Assembly: GCA_040758525.1 (NCBI GenBank)
Contig: JBFLVQ010000003.1
Coordinates: forward strand, 1 to 48,458
Direction of reading: 5' to 3'
Origin: Acidobacteriota bacterium
GTDB lineage: Bacteria > Acidobacteriota > Blastocatellia > Chloracidobacteriales > JADJPF01
Length of the DNA stretch: 48,458 bases
The notes beneath the pieces are model-generated. The model searched no databases, was not told where the DNA came from, and worked only from the letters and a program-made list of their open reading frames with translations. Each line of letters opens with the position of its first letter. The stretch's first letter is position 1. Below, piece after piece: positions 1 through 9,878 of the stretch. Both the position numbers and the translations under genes were made by a program.

Positions 1-11
1 GTTGAGGGATA

Positions 12-377
12 TTGGGTGTGTATGTGAAATTCAGATGCAACTGTATATTAAATACCAACACGATGCCGGCACTGGTGTTATGCTGTGCCGAGCATAATGA
101 GGGGATCAAGGACTGGAGTAGTGACTACCAGAGCCCCTACCGTGTGGTAATACATTGGCGTGGTGACACGGCTGCGTTTGCGCTCCACAAAGCCGAATAC
201 GATGCCTATGGTTTTCCTATCACATTGAGTGCAGAGGCGATCACTCAAATCTTTCCCACCACTGCTGAGTTGGCTCAGGAAGCACGTCGTATGGGTTTGG
301 GAATGGATGCAGTAAGCGATATCTTCTACGATAGATACCTAGAGTATAAAGAGTTTTATCCAGAGAAAGCTCTCTAG
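12..377 (+). CDS. Hypothetical protein (~120 aa)
   Basis: ORF with purine-rich RBS-like GAGGGA at 4-9, convergent with the anti-sigma gene; no recognisable family; start uncertain. Confidence 0.55.
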   Translation: MGVYVKFRCNCILNTNTMPALVLCCAEHNEGIKDWSSDYQSPYRVVIHWRGDTAAFALHKAEYDAYGFPITLSAEAITQIFPTTAELAQEARRMGLGMDAVSDIFYDRYLEYKEFYPEKAL

Positions 378-405
378 GCCGATGGCTTGGTTGAGATAGC
401 TGTTT

Positions 406-1245
406 TTAGTTGATACGGCCTACAACATAGGCTGCTGAGGTCGGTTGGGACGAGCCACCAGATGGCTCCAATGTGATCGCGGCAGCAATTAGATCGTCAA
501 TATTACGAGGAACATCAATAACGGCAAAGCCATCACCCTGTGGATCGGCTTTAATAAGACCAGCACTAATCTTCTTGTTAGCGGTGAGAAACCAGAGTTG
601 GTAGATCTTTCCTGCTGGCATAGGAGGCAGTTTAGTAGTTACTACCCAAACACTCTTCTGTTTATTCCAATAGATCTTTCCTGAAGATGATGAGGCAGTC
701 GCCTGACCAGCTAGACTGATAATTTGCGCATCTGGGCTACTCATAGCATCATTGATCTTTTCCAGTCGATTTACCAGTTTATCCTGCGCGGTTACACGAT
801 CCTGCAACTGTGTCAATTCACCTTGTAGCCGTGTCAATTCTTGTTGTTGGGTATGAGATTGCTCTGCCATCTGTCGCCAGGCTAACAATGGCAGTAAGGC
901 AAGCAGCGCAATAGATGCAGCGATTGCCCAAGGCAGATAGGTATAAGATTTTCTAGGTACAGTATTGATTGGCGATTTAGCAGCGGGCTTGCTCTCAATG
1001 GTAGGCTGTTCCTGCGCAATACAGCTTATCAGTTTGTCGCGCAGATAGGATGGCGGGGTAACTGCAGCCGCAGAGAAGCTAAGATCACCTACGACTCCTT
1101 CAAATTCGAGCAGTTGGTCTTCACAGACTTGGCAACCATCGCGTAGATGCGACTCAAAGGCGTATGCCTCATGTTGGCTGAGGGCGCCGAGCGCATAGAG
1201 CGCAGCCTGCTCTTGAATCTGTTCGGTGACCCTCTCGTGCTTCAA
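406..1245 (-). CDS. Anti-sigma factor, RskA-like (N-terminal zinc-finger-like ASD, one TM helix, C-terminal RskA domain)
   Basis: YALGAL..E...FESHL..GC..C motif, TM segment (LPWAIAASIALLALLPLL), C-terminal YQLW...AITLEPSGGSSQPT. Start moved to TTG at 1245, behind RBS AGGAAGGGGA (1251-1260). Lies downstream of an ECF sigma. Confidence 0.88.
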   Translation of the reverse strand: MKHERVTEQIQEQAALYALGALSQHEAYAFESHLRDGCQVCEDQLLEFEGVVGDLSFSAAAVTPPSYLRDKLISCIAQEQPTIESKPAAKSPINTVPRKSYTYLPWAIAASIALLALLPLLAWRQMAEQSHTQQQELTRLQGELTQLQDRVTAQDKLVNRLEKINDAMSSPDAQIISLAGQATASSSSGKIYWNKQKSVWVVTTKLPPMPAGKIYQLWFLTANKKISAGLIKADPQGDGFAVIDVPRNIDDLIAAAITLEPSGGSSQPTSAAYVVGRIN

Positions 1246-1343
1246 TTGTATCCCCTTCCTAAGGTGAAGATGATAGTGGCACACTGTATGGTTGCCATAC
1301 TTACCAACTTGCTTCCCTTTACTATTTTCGGCACTAACCAGTT

Positions 1344-2003
1344 TCAGAGTTGCTGCTCAATTACAGGTTTAAGCAACTCACGTAATTTCATCATACCCAA
1401 ACGAACCCGAGTCTTGACCGTTCCTAAGGGTTGGCCGAGCTTAGCAGCAATCTCACTATGGCTCAGACCAGAGTAGAAGGCCAGTTCAATAATCTCACGC
1501 TGTTCTGGAGAAAGCTCGTCCAGTGCAGAACGAACCAAGCGCTGACGTTCAGAATTAACCGTCATCTCCTCGGGATTTGCTGCTGCTGAGGTTGCACTGG
1601 CTGCCATCTCCAATGGCTCACTATGCTGTTGATCTGGCTTACCTGCACGTAAACGATCGATAGCGCGGCTACGTGCAATAATCATTAGCCAGGTGAGCGG
1701 CGTGCCGCGCTTACGGTCGTAAACAGCAGCCTGTCGCCATACTTGTGTATAAACGTCTAAGAGAACCTCTTCGGCTGTTGCCGTGTCATTTAGCACCCGT
1801 AGAATTAAGCCGAAGATTTGCCGGTTTGTTAGATCGTAGAGTGTACCTAGCGCAGACTGATCGCCATCAGCAACTTTCTTAATAAGCGTCTCAAAATCCT
1901 GATTAGTAGTACAAGCGTCAGCCGTGTCGCGGGGCGTCCCCAAGGACTTCTCTCCTGCGCCAAAATTCTCCTGATTTAGTATTACGGGTTGCTGTCCGTT
2001 CAT
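1344..2003 (-). CDS. ECF RNA polymerase sigma factor (SigK-like)
   Basis: Region 2 (AEEVLLDVYTQVWR, WLMIIARSRAIDRLR) and region 4 (GLSHSEIAAKLGQPLGTVKTRVRLG) motifs. Confidence 0.93.
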   Translation of the reverse strand: MNGQQPVILNQENFGAGEKSLGTPRDTADACTTNQDFETLIKKVADGDQSALGTLYDLTNRQIFGLILRVLNDTATAEEVLLDVYTQVWRQAAVYDRKRGTPLTWLMIIARSRAIDRLRAGKPDQQHSEPLEMAASATSAAANPEEMTVNSERQRLVRSALDELSPEQREIIELAFYSGLSHSEIAAKLGQPLGTVKTRVRLGMMKLRELLKPVIEQQL

Positions 2004-2246
2004 GGATTCATATTGACACTAATCCCAAATTCAACCATCGCGAAAATCTTCTTGATGGGCCAATGATACAACGAAACTATAAAGTTGCCAAATTTGCACG
2101 GAAGACTAACCAGATACCTAAAAAATACCTACGCCCTAGAGCTTGATAAGAAGGCAATTGCCGTTGCAGACCAACCTATACGCCTACATAATAGCTAGAC
2201 TTTATTATCACGCAATTATCAGGCAATCGGTCTAGGAGTTGATTAC

Positions 2247-3179
2247 ATGCTGAGAATTGGTCTATTGGTTGGTCGTGAGCGCTCATTTCCGGACGCACTG
2301 ATTAATGAAGTAAATGCGCGTAATGGTGGTGTCTCTGCTGAATATGTGCGAATCGGCGAAGTAAAGAGTAACGAGCCTTGCCCTTACAGTGTGATCATAG
2401 ATCGTATTTCACACGAAGTAGTATTTTACCAACCTTATCTTAAGGCGGCGGCGCTCTCGGGTACAATAGTCATTAACAACCCTTTCTGGCGTATGGCTGA
2501 TGATAAATTTTTTGGTACTGCACTAGCCGAACGGCTTGGCATTGCTGTGCCTAAGACGATCGTACTGCCTTCCCATTCCTATCCTGATAGCATCATTAGC
2601 GAGAGCTTAAGCAATCTCAAATATCCGCTTGATTGGCAGGCAATCGTCGAATATATTGGGATTCCCGCAATTCTTAAGCCGCATTGGGGTGGTGGTTGGA
2701 AGGATGTCTATCGTGTTAATTCCCTAGATGAACTACTCGCCGCTTATAACCAGACGGATCAGCTCTGTATGATTTTGCAAGAGTTTATTGATTGGCAGCA
2801 GTATGTGCGCTGTATCTGTGTAGGCAAGACAAATATCCTGATCACCAATTGGGATCCTCGCAAACCACACTTCGAACGTTATCGCGATGTTGATCAAGCA
2901 CTCGATCCTGAATTGACTGAACGTATTCAAGCTGATGCTATTAAAATTAACCAAGCGCTTGGGTACGATATGAATACAGTCGAGTTTGGAATTCGTAACC
3001 GCACACCCTATGCAATCGATTTTATGAACTCAGCACCTGATTTTGATATCTCTTCGCTTACGGAAATCTACTTTCCCTGGGTAGTCAAGGCAATGGCTGA
3101 TCTAGTGATTACACGTGCACATGAGGCTGCCACACAACGCCCACAATATCGTTGGGACACGCTGCTGGGACTGGTTTAA
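2247..3179 (+). CDS. ATP-grasp ligase (RimK/glutathione-synthetase-like)
   Basis: DDKF, VPKT, ILKPHWGGGWKDVY, ILQEFI and VEF...IDFMN motifs; RBS AGGAG upstream. Confidence 0.85.
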   Translation: MLRIGLLVGRERSFPDALINEVNARNGGVSAEYVRIGEVKSNEPCPYSVIIDRISHEVVFYQPYLKAAALSGTIVINNPFWRMADDKFFGTALAERLGIAVPKTIVLPSHSYPDSIISESLSNLKYPLDWQAIVEYIGIPAILKPHWGGGWKDVYRVNSLDELLAAYNQTDQLCMILQEFIDWQQYVRCICVGKTNILITNWDPRKPHFERYRDVDQALDPELTERIQADAIKINQALGYDMNTVEFGIRNRTPYAIDFMNSAPDFDISSLTEIYFPWVVKAMADLVITRAHEAATQRPQYRWDTLLGLV

Positions 3180-3222
3180 GGCATAGACAATAGTTCCTGA
3201 CTACTATTTACTGGAGTAAACA

Positions 3223-4569
3223 ATGCTCAATAGCGCAATTGACTATTATCATGAGCTGTTAGCCAATACACACCTTGCTAGTACCCAAGAGCTGCTTGCA
3301 CAGGCAACCAGCGAGCGTGGGCTGGCCTTTGGTTCACGACCTGTCTGCACAGTGCTACGGCCCTATTTCATTGATGAATCGACCTACGAATTTGTACAGC
3401 ACGCCGCTACGTTGGTGATGCGCGCACTAGCACGATTAGGTCAAAGATTGATTGTAGATGCCAGCTTGCGTAAGGAACTCGATCTTACCCCCGATGAAGA
3501 AGCAGTAGTAGAGATCGATTCTGGCTATGGCGCACCTGATGTGAGTGCGCGCTTAGATGGCTTTTTAAGCCCACTAGGAGAGTTCAACTTTGTTGAATAT
3601 AATGCTGAAAGTCCCGGTGGCCTGGCCTATGGAGATGTGCTTAGTGAGATCTTTGCTGCTATGCCGATTATGCAAGCATTCGAGGCACGCTACCGCTATC
3701 ATGCCTTTCCTATACGCACATTCGTCTTTGACGCACTGTTAGCAGCCTATCAGCGTTGGGGCGGCCAGGGAAGACCCAATATCGCCATTGTGGATTGGCG
3801 TGGAGTAGGCACTTATGGCGAGTTTCTGCTCTCACAATCCCATTTCGAAGAGCGTGGTTGCCGTGTAAAGATCGCGGATCCAGAAGAGTTGGAATATCGT
3901 TCGGGTCGGCTCTTTATCGGCGATTTCCCTGTGGATCTGGTTTACAAGCGTGTATTAGTAGGAGAATTTCTTGCCAAATATCGACTTAACCATGCGCTTA
4001 TTGATGCGATACGTGCACGCGCTGTCTGTATTGTTAATGCCTTTCGAGTGCAGATGCTCTATAAGAAAGCAATCTTTGCGCTTCTTAGCGATCCTGCTTA
4101 CACAGATCTCTTCACACCTGAGGAGGTCACTGCCCTTGCCCGTCATATTCCTTGGACACGCAAGGTGCGTGAATGTCATAGCGATTATCATGGCACTCAG
4201 GTAGATCTAATTGCATTTATCGCTGAGAATCGTGAAAAGCTAGTACTTAAGCCAAATGGTGAATATGGTGGCAAAGGTGTGGTACTTGGCTGGGAGTGTG
4301 ATGCTGAGCAATGGAATAACGCACTGCAGACTGCATTGAGTACTTCCTATGTAGTACAGGAGCGTGTACCGCTAGGTTGTGAAGTCTATCCCAGTATGAT
4401 CGATGGCCAGTTAAGATTCGATGAACGTTACTTGGATCTTGATCCTTATGTATGGGATGGTGAGAGAATAGCAGGGTGTGGAGTAAGGCTCTCCAAACTT
4501 GCGTTATTAAATGTCACTGCCGGAGGCGGTTCAGCTACACCAATGTTTATCATTAACAAGCGTGATTAG
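3223..4569 (+). CDS. Circularly permuted ATP-grasp family protein
   Basis: [39 protein letters not shown] and LNVTAGGG motifs. Confidence 0.85.
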   Translation: MLNSAIDYYHELLANTHLASTQELLAQATSERGLAFGSRPVCTVLRPYFIDESTYEFVQHAATLVMRALARLGQRLIVDASLRKELDLTPDEEAVVEIDSGYGAPDVSARLDGFLSPLGEFNFVEYNAESPGGLAYGDVLSEIFAAMPIMQAFEARYRYHAFPIRTFVFDALLAAYQRWGGQGRPNIAIVDWRGVGTYGEFLLSQSHFEERGCRVKIADPEELEYRSGRLFIGDFPVDLVYKRVLVGEFLAKYRLNHALIDAIRARAVCIVNAFRVQMLYKKAIFALLSDPAYTDLFTPEEVTALARHIPWTRKVRECHSDYHGTQVDLIAFIAENREKLVLKPNGEYGGKGVVLGWECDAEQWNNALQTALSTSYVVQERVPLGCEVYPSMIDGQLRFDERYLDLDPYVWDGERIAGCGVRLSKLALLNVTAGGGSATPMFIINKRD

Positions 4570-4578
4570 ATAATAAGC

Positions 4579-5097
4579 TCAAACCAGTTTGGCTTGAGCT
4601 AATAACTGAATCAATTTTTCTACTGCTTCTATCACTGTCAGCGCACTCACATCAAGCCGTATATAGGCTTGAGCATAAGCGGGCCGACGTGACTCCAGCA
4701 ATGCCACCAATTCCGCCCGACTACGACTTGTATAGAGCGGGCGTGTATGGTCATCACCAAGCCTTGCAAGGATTATTTCAAGCTGGCAATCTAGCCAGAT
4801 AGACCATCCTTGCGCAGCAATAATAGCCTGGTTCTGTTCTGAGACGAATGCTCCTCCACCTAATGCCACTACTGCGCCAGTATGAGCCTTAAGCTCGGTC
4901 AGCATTTCTCGCTCAAGGGCACGAAAATATGCTTCCCCTTCTTTTGCAAAGATCTCTGCAATCGAGCGACCTGTGCGTTTTACAATCATTTCATCAAGAT
5001 CAATAAAGTCTCGTTGTAAATGCGCTGCCAATTGCTCCCCTATTGTTGTTTTACCCGAACCCATAAAGCCAACTAAAAAGATTGTCTGTTTTTCCAT
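4579..5097 (-). CDS. aroK: Shikimate kinase
   Basis: GFMGSGKTT P-loop, DLD, GEAYFRALE, GGG, RPL; adjacent to aroA. Confidence 0.95.
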   Translation of the reverse strand: MEKQTIFLVGFMGSGKTTIGEQLAAHLQRDFIDLDEMIVKRTGRSIAEIFAKEGEAYFRALEREMLTELKAHTGAVVALGGGAFVSEQNQAIIAAQGWSIWLDCQLEIILARLGDDHTRPLYTSRSRAELVALLESRRPAYAQAYIRLDVSALTVIEAVEKLIQLLAQAKLV

Positions 5098-5100
5098 AAT

Positions 5101-6390
5101 TTACCGCTCAACAATGTTGGCTAATGTCTCAAAAAAGCCAGGGAAAGAGATCTCGACCGATTCACTGCCAGTAATCTCGGTTTCACCCTTAGCAACTAAT
5201 CCTGCAATTGCAAAGGCCATGGCAATACGATGATCACCAGCCGCGTCTATATGTGCTCCATGTAATTGTTGCGGTCCTGCAACAGCAAGCCCATCAGGAT
5301 ATTCCTCGACTTCGGCACCCATAGCGCGCAGATTATCAACTACAGTGCGTATACGGTCACTCTCTTTTACTCGTAATTCAGTAGCATCGCGAATTGTTAG
5401 ACCGTTCTTAACCTGAGTAGCAAGCACAGCAATAATGGGGATTTCGTCAATCAGATTGGCGATCACATCACCTTGTAGTCGTGCTGTTTCAGTATTGCTA
5501 CACAATTCAGCATGACGTACTTGCAGATTGGCAATCGGTTCACCATGTTCTATGTATGGCTCGCTTATTTGCACATCAGCGCCAAGACTTTTTACTAGAT
5601 CGATAATTGCGCTACGGGTCGGATTTATCCCTACATTATTGATGACTATCTGCGAGTCTGGCAGCATCAGCGTAGCAGCAAGTAAGAAAGCTGCTGAGGA
5701 GATATCGCCTGGCACATGGTAATGCTGTGCTTGTAGTCTGGGCCAACCAGTTACTGTAATGCTATGTCCCACACAAGTGATCTCAGCGCCAAATTCACGC
5801 AGCATAATCTCCGTATGATCGCGAGTAACTGCCGGTTCACACACAGTTGTCTGACCTTCGGCAAACAGTCCAGCAAACAGTATACAAGATTTAACTTGTG
5901 CACTGGCTACTGGCAATTCATAGTTGATAGGGGTAAGCCTGCCACCAGTAATACGTAAGGGAGCAAATTCGCTATTTGTTACTTCGATCTGCGCTCCCAT
6001 CTGGCGCAAAGGTGTAACAATACGTCGCATAGGGCGGCGACAGATTGAAGCATCTCCGGTAATCTCAGTGGTAAACGGTTGGCCAGCTAAAATACCGCTT
6101 AACATGCGTATTGTAGAGCCAGAGTTTCCCACATCAAGCTGCGCAGTAGGAGTGCGCAGGCCTATTAGACCACTTCCTTCAATGTATAGGCTATCCTTAT
6201 CGTGCGCGATCCTGACACCTAGTTTTTTCAGGCATTGTAGCGTGCTCTGGCAATCTTTACTGGTAGCAAAATTATCAACTCTGCTACTACCCTCAGCAAG
6301 CGCTGCCACTAGTGCAGTCCTATGTGAGATAGATTTGTCGCCTGGCACAGCTACCCGGCCATTTATTCGCCGGGCGGGTAAGATTCTCAT
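5101..6390 (-). CDS. aroA: 3-phosphoshikimate 1-carboxyvinyltransferase (EPSP synthase, class II)
   Basis: PGDKSISHR, GNSGSTIR, SAQVKS, ELRVKESDRI, DHRIAM; start taken at ATG 6390 (MRILPA). Confidence 0.96.
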   Translation of the reverse strand: MRILPARRINGRVAVPGDKSISHRTALVAALAEGSSRVDNFATSKDCQSTLQCLKKLGVRIAHDKDSLYIEGSGLIGLRTPTAQLDVGNSGSTIRMLSGILAGQPFTTEITGDASICRRPMRRIVTPLRQMGAQIEVTNSEFAPLRITGGRLTPINYELPVASAQVKSCILFAGLFAEGQTTVCEPAVTRDHTEIMLREFGAEITCVGHSITVTGWPRLQAQHYHVPGDISSAAFLLAATLMLPDSQIVINNVGINPTRSAIIDLVKSLGADVQISEPYIEHGEPIANLQVRHAELCSNTETARLQGDVIANLIDEIPIIAVLATQVKNGLTIRDATELRVKESDRIRTVVDNLRAMGAEVEEYPDGLAVAGPQQLHGAHIDAAGDHRIAMAFAIAGLVAKGETEITGSESVEISFPGFFETLANIVER

Positions 6391-6666
6391 AAGTAACCCC
6401 CTTAATTTTTTCCGGTAATTTTGCCGGGTTCTCTTACATTTATGCAACTAAATGTCTTGCTTGACAATAGCGGATCGGCTATGTTACACGTAATCGTTCA
6501 ACTACTAATGATCAGTCATCAACGGCGTTTTCTCGCCCAGTTATGCTGGAATTTTTTGGTTGAAGGCTGGAGAATGATAGCGCAGCTCCCGCAGCGCAAT
6601 CATCAATAATGAAGCGACGGGTATCAATAATAATCCTATTGTCGGGAAAGGATACCAATAACGAGA

Positions 6667-7104
6667 ATGGAGCCTGTTGAAAGCACCATTGAGTTGACTA
6701 TCAATAGCAGCTTCAAGTTTATTGAATTAGTCGCTTCAATCACAGATAGCATTATACAGATTGTCGGGTTCGGTCAAGAAGAGGCTCATTGGATCGGGCT
6801 TTCCGTCCGGGAATGCGTCATTAATGCAATAAAACATGGGAACAAACTTGATAACGCCAAGCCGGTTGATGTGAAATTTGTCATCGGTGATGATGATATT
6901 AAAATTTATGTACGTGATCGCGGAGATGGGTTCGATCCCAATTGCATTCCCAACCCGCTCGACCCGACCAATCTCCTCAATCCAAACGGCCGCGGAATCT
7001 TCTATATGAGAACCTTCATGGATGAGGTGGTGTTCTCCAATCACCCCCAAGGAGGCACGCTCGTTAAGATGCTAAAACGGAAAGTCAATAATGAGCTGAG
7101 TTGA
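6667..7104 (+). CDS. Anti-sigma factor / Ser kinase, RsbW-like (HATPase_c)
   Basis: ECVINAIKHGN, DRGDGFDP and GRGIFYM motifs; precedes a STAS gene. Confidence 0.9.
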   Translation: MEPVESTIELTINSSFKFIELVASITDSIIQIVGFGQEEAHWIGLSVRECVINAIKHGNKLDNAKPVDVKFVIGDDDIKIYVRDRGDGFDPNCIPNPLDPTNLLNPNGRGIFYMRTFMDEVVFSNHPQGGTLVKMLKRKVNNELS

Positions 7105-7119
7105 AGAAAGGAGAGATCA

Positions 7120-7467
7120 ATGTCATTAACAATTAACGAGAGGACAGCGGGTGATGTGACGATACTCGATCTCAGCGGCAAAATCACGATCGGAGCCGGC
7201 AGTGTGCAACTGCGTGATGCTGTACGCAAGCTGATTGAGGGAGGCCGTAAGAAGATACTGCTCAATCTTGGTGATGTAGGTTATGTAGATAGTTCTGGTA
7301 TTGGTGAGCTAGTAAGCAGCTTTACCACTACTAACAATGCCGGTGGGCAACTAAAACTACTCAATCTTACCAAGAAGATTCAGGATCTGTTGGCCATTAC
7401 TAAATTGCTTACCGTCTTCGAGACCTTCACATCTGAAGAGGAAGCACTTAAGAGTTTCAGCAGTTAA
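7120..7467 (+). CDS. Anti-sigma factor antagonist, STAS domain (RsbV-like)
   Basis: [10 protein letters not shown] phospho-Ser motif; RBS AAGGAG. Confidence 0.92.
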   Translation: MSLTINERTAGDVTILDLSGKITIGAGSVQLRDAVRKLIEGGRKKILLNLGDVGYVDSSGIGELVSSFTTTNNAGGQLKLLNLTKKIQDLLAITKLLTVFETFTSEEEALKSFSS

Positions 7468-7556
7468 TAGCACTAATTGTGTTCTATATTCTGTTCTCTT
7501 TTGTGTGTTGGATAAAGCTAAGCTTTAGTGGACCTCTAACCGTCTAAACGGTAAAG

Positions 7557-7594
7557 ATTACGGACTGAGAAAGAGCATTTTCTCAGTCCGTAAT
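7557..7594. terminator. Probable bidirectional intrinsic terminator
   Basis: Inverted repeat ATTACGGACTGAGAAA / TTTCTCAGTCCGTAAT between convergent genes. Confidence 0.75.
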
Positions 7595-7602
7595 TTCCTA
7601 TA

Positions 7603-8385
7603 CTAACGGATCAGCCCTTCCAATGGGCTGCTCGCGCTGGCATAGAGCCGTTTCTGCATACGGCCAGCAAGATAGGCAAAACGGCCAGCTTCAATCGCTA
7701 ATCTCATTGCTTCAGCCATCATTCCAGGATCTTTAGCAGCAGCTACCGCAGTATTGAGTAGTACCCCATCCATACCTAGTTCCATAGCCAGAGCAACATC
7801 AGAGGCTGTTCCTACACCAGCATCAACAATTATTGGCACGCTTGTGATCAACTCTCGCAAGATCCGCATAGTAGCAAAATTCTGTATTCCTAGACCTGAA
7901 CCAATCGGCGCAGCAAGTGGCATTACGGCTGCTGCACCAGCATCGATCAGCTTACGTGCGGTTACCAGATCATCATTAAAATAAGGAAGCACAATAAAGC
8001 CTTCTTTAGCTAATGTACCTGTGGCAACAACCAATCCCTCATTATCAGGAAAGAGGGTCTTCTCGTCACCAATCACTTCAAGTTTCACCCAGGGTGTATC
8101 AAGGACTTCACGAGCAAGATAGGCAGTACGAATCGCCTCCTCGGCTGTATAACAGCCTGCAGTATTAGGTAACAAGAGATATTTTTTCAAATCAATATAG
8201 TCGAGTAGTGACTCTTGATTACGATCAGTAAGGTTGACACGGCGCACTGCCACTGTTACTACTTCTGCCCCTGAGCGCTGGTGTGCTTCCGCCATCACTT
8301 GATGGCTAGGATATTTGCCTGTACCAATCATCAATCGTGAGCGGAATTCCCGTCCAGCAATAATCAATTTATCTGATGTGGACAT
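7603..8385 (-). CDS. thiG: Thiazole synthase
   Basis: [43 protein letters not shown] motifs. Confidence 0.96.
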   Translation of the reverse strand: MSTSDKLIIAGREFRSRLMIGTGKYPSHQVMAEAHQRSGAEVVTVAVRRVNLTDRNQESLLDYIDLKKYLLLPNTAGCYTAEEAIRTAYLAREVLDTPWVKLEVIGDEKTLFPDNEGLVVATGTLAKEGFIVLPYFNDDLVTARKLIDAGAAAVMPLAAPIGSGLGIQNFATMRILRELITSVPIIVDAGVGTASDVALAMELGMDGVLLNTAVAAAKDPGMMAEAMRLAIEAGRFAYLAGRMQKRLYASASSPLEGLIR

Positions 8386-8406
8386 AGCTAAACCTTTCCA
8401 AATGTA

Positions 8407-8607
8407 TTAGCCGCCTCCGACAAAGTGGACGATCTCAATCCGATCGCCCTCTCGCAGTTGGGTATGCGGCCAATCTGGCTGACGTAGGATCTGGCGATTT
8501 AATTCTATTGCGATCCGTGTAGCCTTAAGGCCCAACTGTTCAAGTAACTGTGGGAGCATACAGTCTTGCGGCACCTCCCTGAGTTCACCATTTAAGAGAA
8601 TCTGCAT
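8407..8607 (-). CDS. thiS: Sulfur carrier protein ThiS
   Basis: 66 aa ending in EIVHFVGGG, directly upstream of thiG. Confidence 0.95.
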   Translation of the reverse strand: MQILLNGELREVPQDCMLPQLLEQLGLKATRIAIELNRQILRQPDWPHTQLREGDRIEIVHFVGGG

Positions 8608-8625
8608 AGATGTTTTTGCACAAAT

Positions 8626-9507
8626 TCAACGACGCCGGATAAGCTGTTTAATCTCTGCCTCACCCACTTCTGAAGAGGATTGTACGACAATAGCGGCACT
8701 CCCAGCAGTGAAATTTGGCAGTGTAACAGGCATTATTGCTACTCCATCCGGACCTGTGCGGCCAGAATAGATCTGAGGCTTGAAGGCTGTACCAATTATT
8801 TTCACAATGACAGGCACACTGGGCAGTGGTTGTATACCACCACGAGAAACCTCAATCTGTAAAATCACCACCTCACCAGCATAGAAATCGGTGCTACCAC
8901 GCAAGTGTATCTCTAGTTTCTCTTCATGTGCATCGGTCTGTAGATAGTCAAAGATAATCTTATCAAGATCGAACTCAGCAAAGAGTGGTTGAGAGTCACC
9001 CTTACTAATACCAATGTCTAGGCTGCCACTAGTACGATAGCCAGGCATAGCCGTTGGTAGTGTTGTCGAGGGTGGCTCAACACTTCTTGGTAGTGGTTCG
9101 GAAAATTCTTGTTGTGCTACAGGAGAAGTGGGCATAGAGACCTGTGGTTGGGTCGGCAGGCTGGTAGCTATAGATGGCTTTGCTAAGATAGCTGGTGGCA
9201 CAGGCAGCTCACTGGCTTCATTCTCACTACGTTGCTGCTTGTTAAGTTTTTCCACCAATTCTTGAATGCGGCCTGCTTTAATAACTGCGAGGATAGTGCG
9301 ATGCTGTTTCTCTAGCATTGCCTGCAACTGTTCCTCAAGCAGACCATTACGTAACTCTTTGGCATAAGAGGTACGTTTAGCGGCAAGTATTGCGCCGCGC
9401 ACATAGACAAGCGACTCAATAATCGGATTCGATTCGCCTTTATCTTCAGTTTGAATATGGTAGGTGGTACCGTTATAGGCGATATCGGTATTGAATCCGG
9501 TGATCAT
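8626..9507 (-). CDS. Hypothetical protein (N-terminal GFNTDI..YHIQTEDKG domain, Pro-rich linker, C-terminal beta-rich domain)
   Basis: 293-aa ORF with RBS GAGG, co-oriented with thiS-thiG. Confidence 0.75.
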   Translation of the reverse strand: MITGFNTDIAYNGTTYHIQTEDKGESNPIIESLVYVRGAILAAKRTSYAKELRNGLLEEQLQAMLEKQHRTILAVIKAGRIQELVEKLNKQQRSENEASELPVPPAILAKPSIATSLPTQPQVSMPTSPVAQQEFSEPLPRSVEPPSTTLPTAMPGYRTSGSLDIGISKGDSQPLFAEFDLDKIIFDYLQTDAHEEKLEIHLRGSTDFYAGEVVILQIEVSRGGIQPLPSVPVIVKIIGTAFKPQIYSGRTGPDGVAIMPVTLPNFTAGSAAIVVQSSSEVGEAEIKQLIRRR

Positions 9508-9878
9508 TTGAATATTTCCTCACGAAAAATCGTGGCCCGCATATTAGCCGCGGCTGTAGAATCTATAGTTTAATGAGAGTTATCCTCAATTGCAAAAGAA
9601 ATTAAAGCGTTGCATGGAAGTGAATTTCGTGGCGATCTTACTATAGCTGCACACAGGCCGCAAGCCTCTGACCTCTCCTTATAGATACCCAAACATATTA
9701 CTAAAACAGTTCTCATATAGCTCGAAATTGCAAATGTTACGCGCTTAAAGTATACTGTAGCCCATAGGATAAGCGCTCACTTGGCAACCGGAAACGCAGT
9801 CTTTTGGTCACCCATTCGCTGCTTTTATTAGCAAACGATGGTTGGTTGGCGTTTTCTTCACTATCGGGGGAATCAATT

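Noticed and set aside
7603-8607. ThiS as the partner of the ThiF-like gene at 23329-23970
   Set aside because: It is 15 kb away in a thiS-thiG unit, and the ThiF-like protein lacks the Zn motifs of thiamine ThiF. It cannot be fully excluded, but no link is visible.
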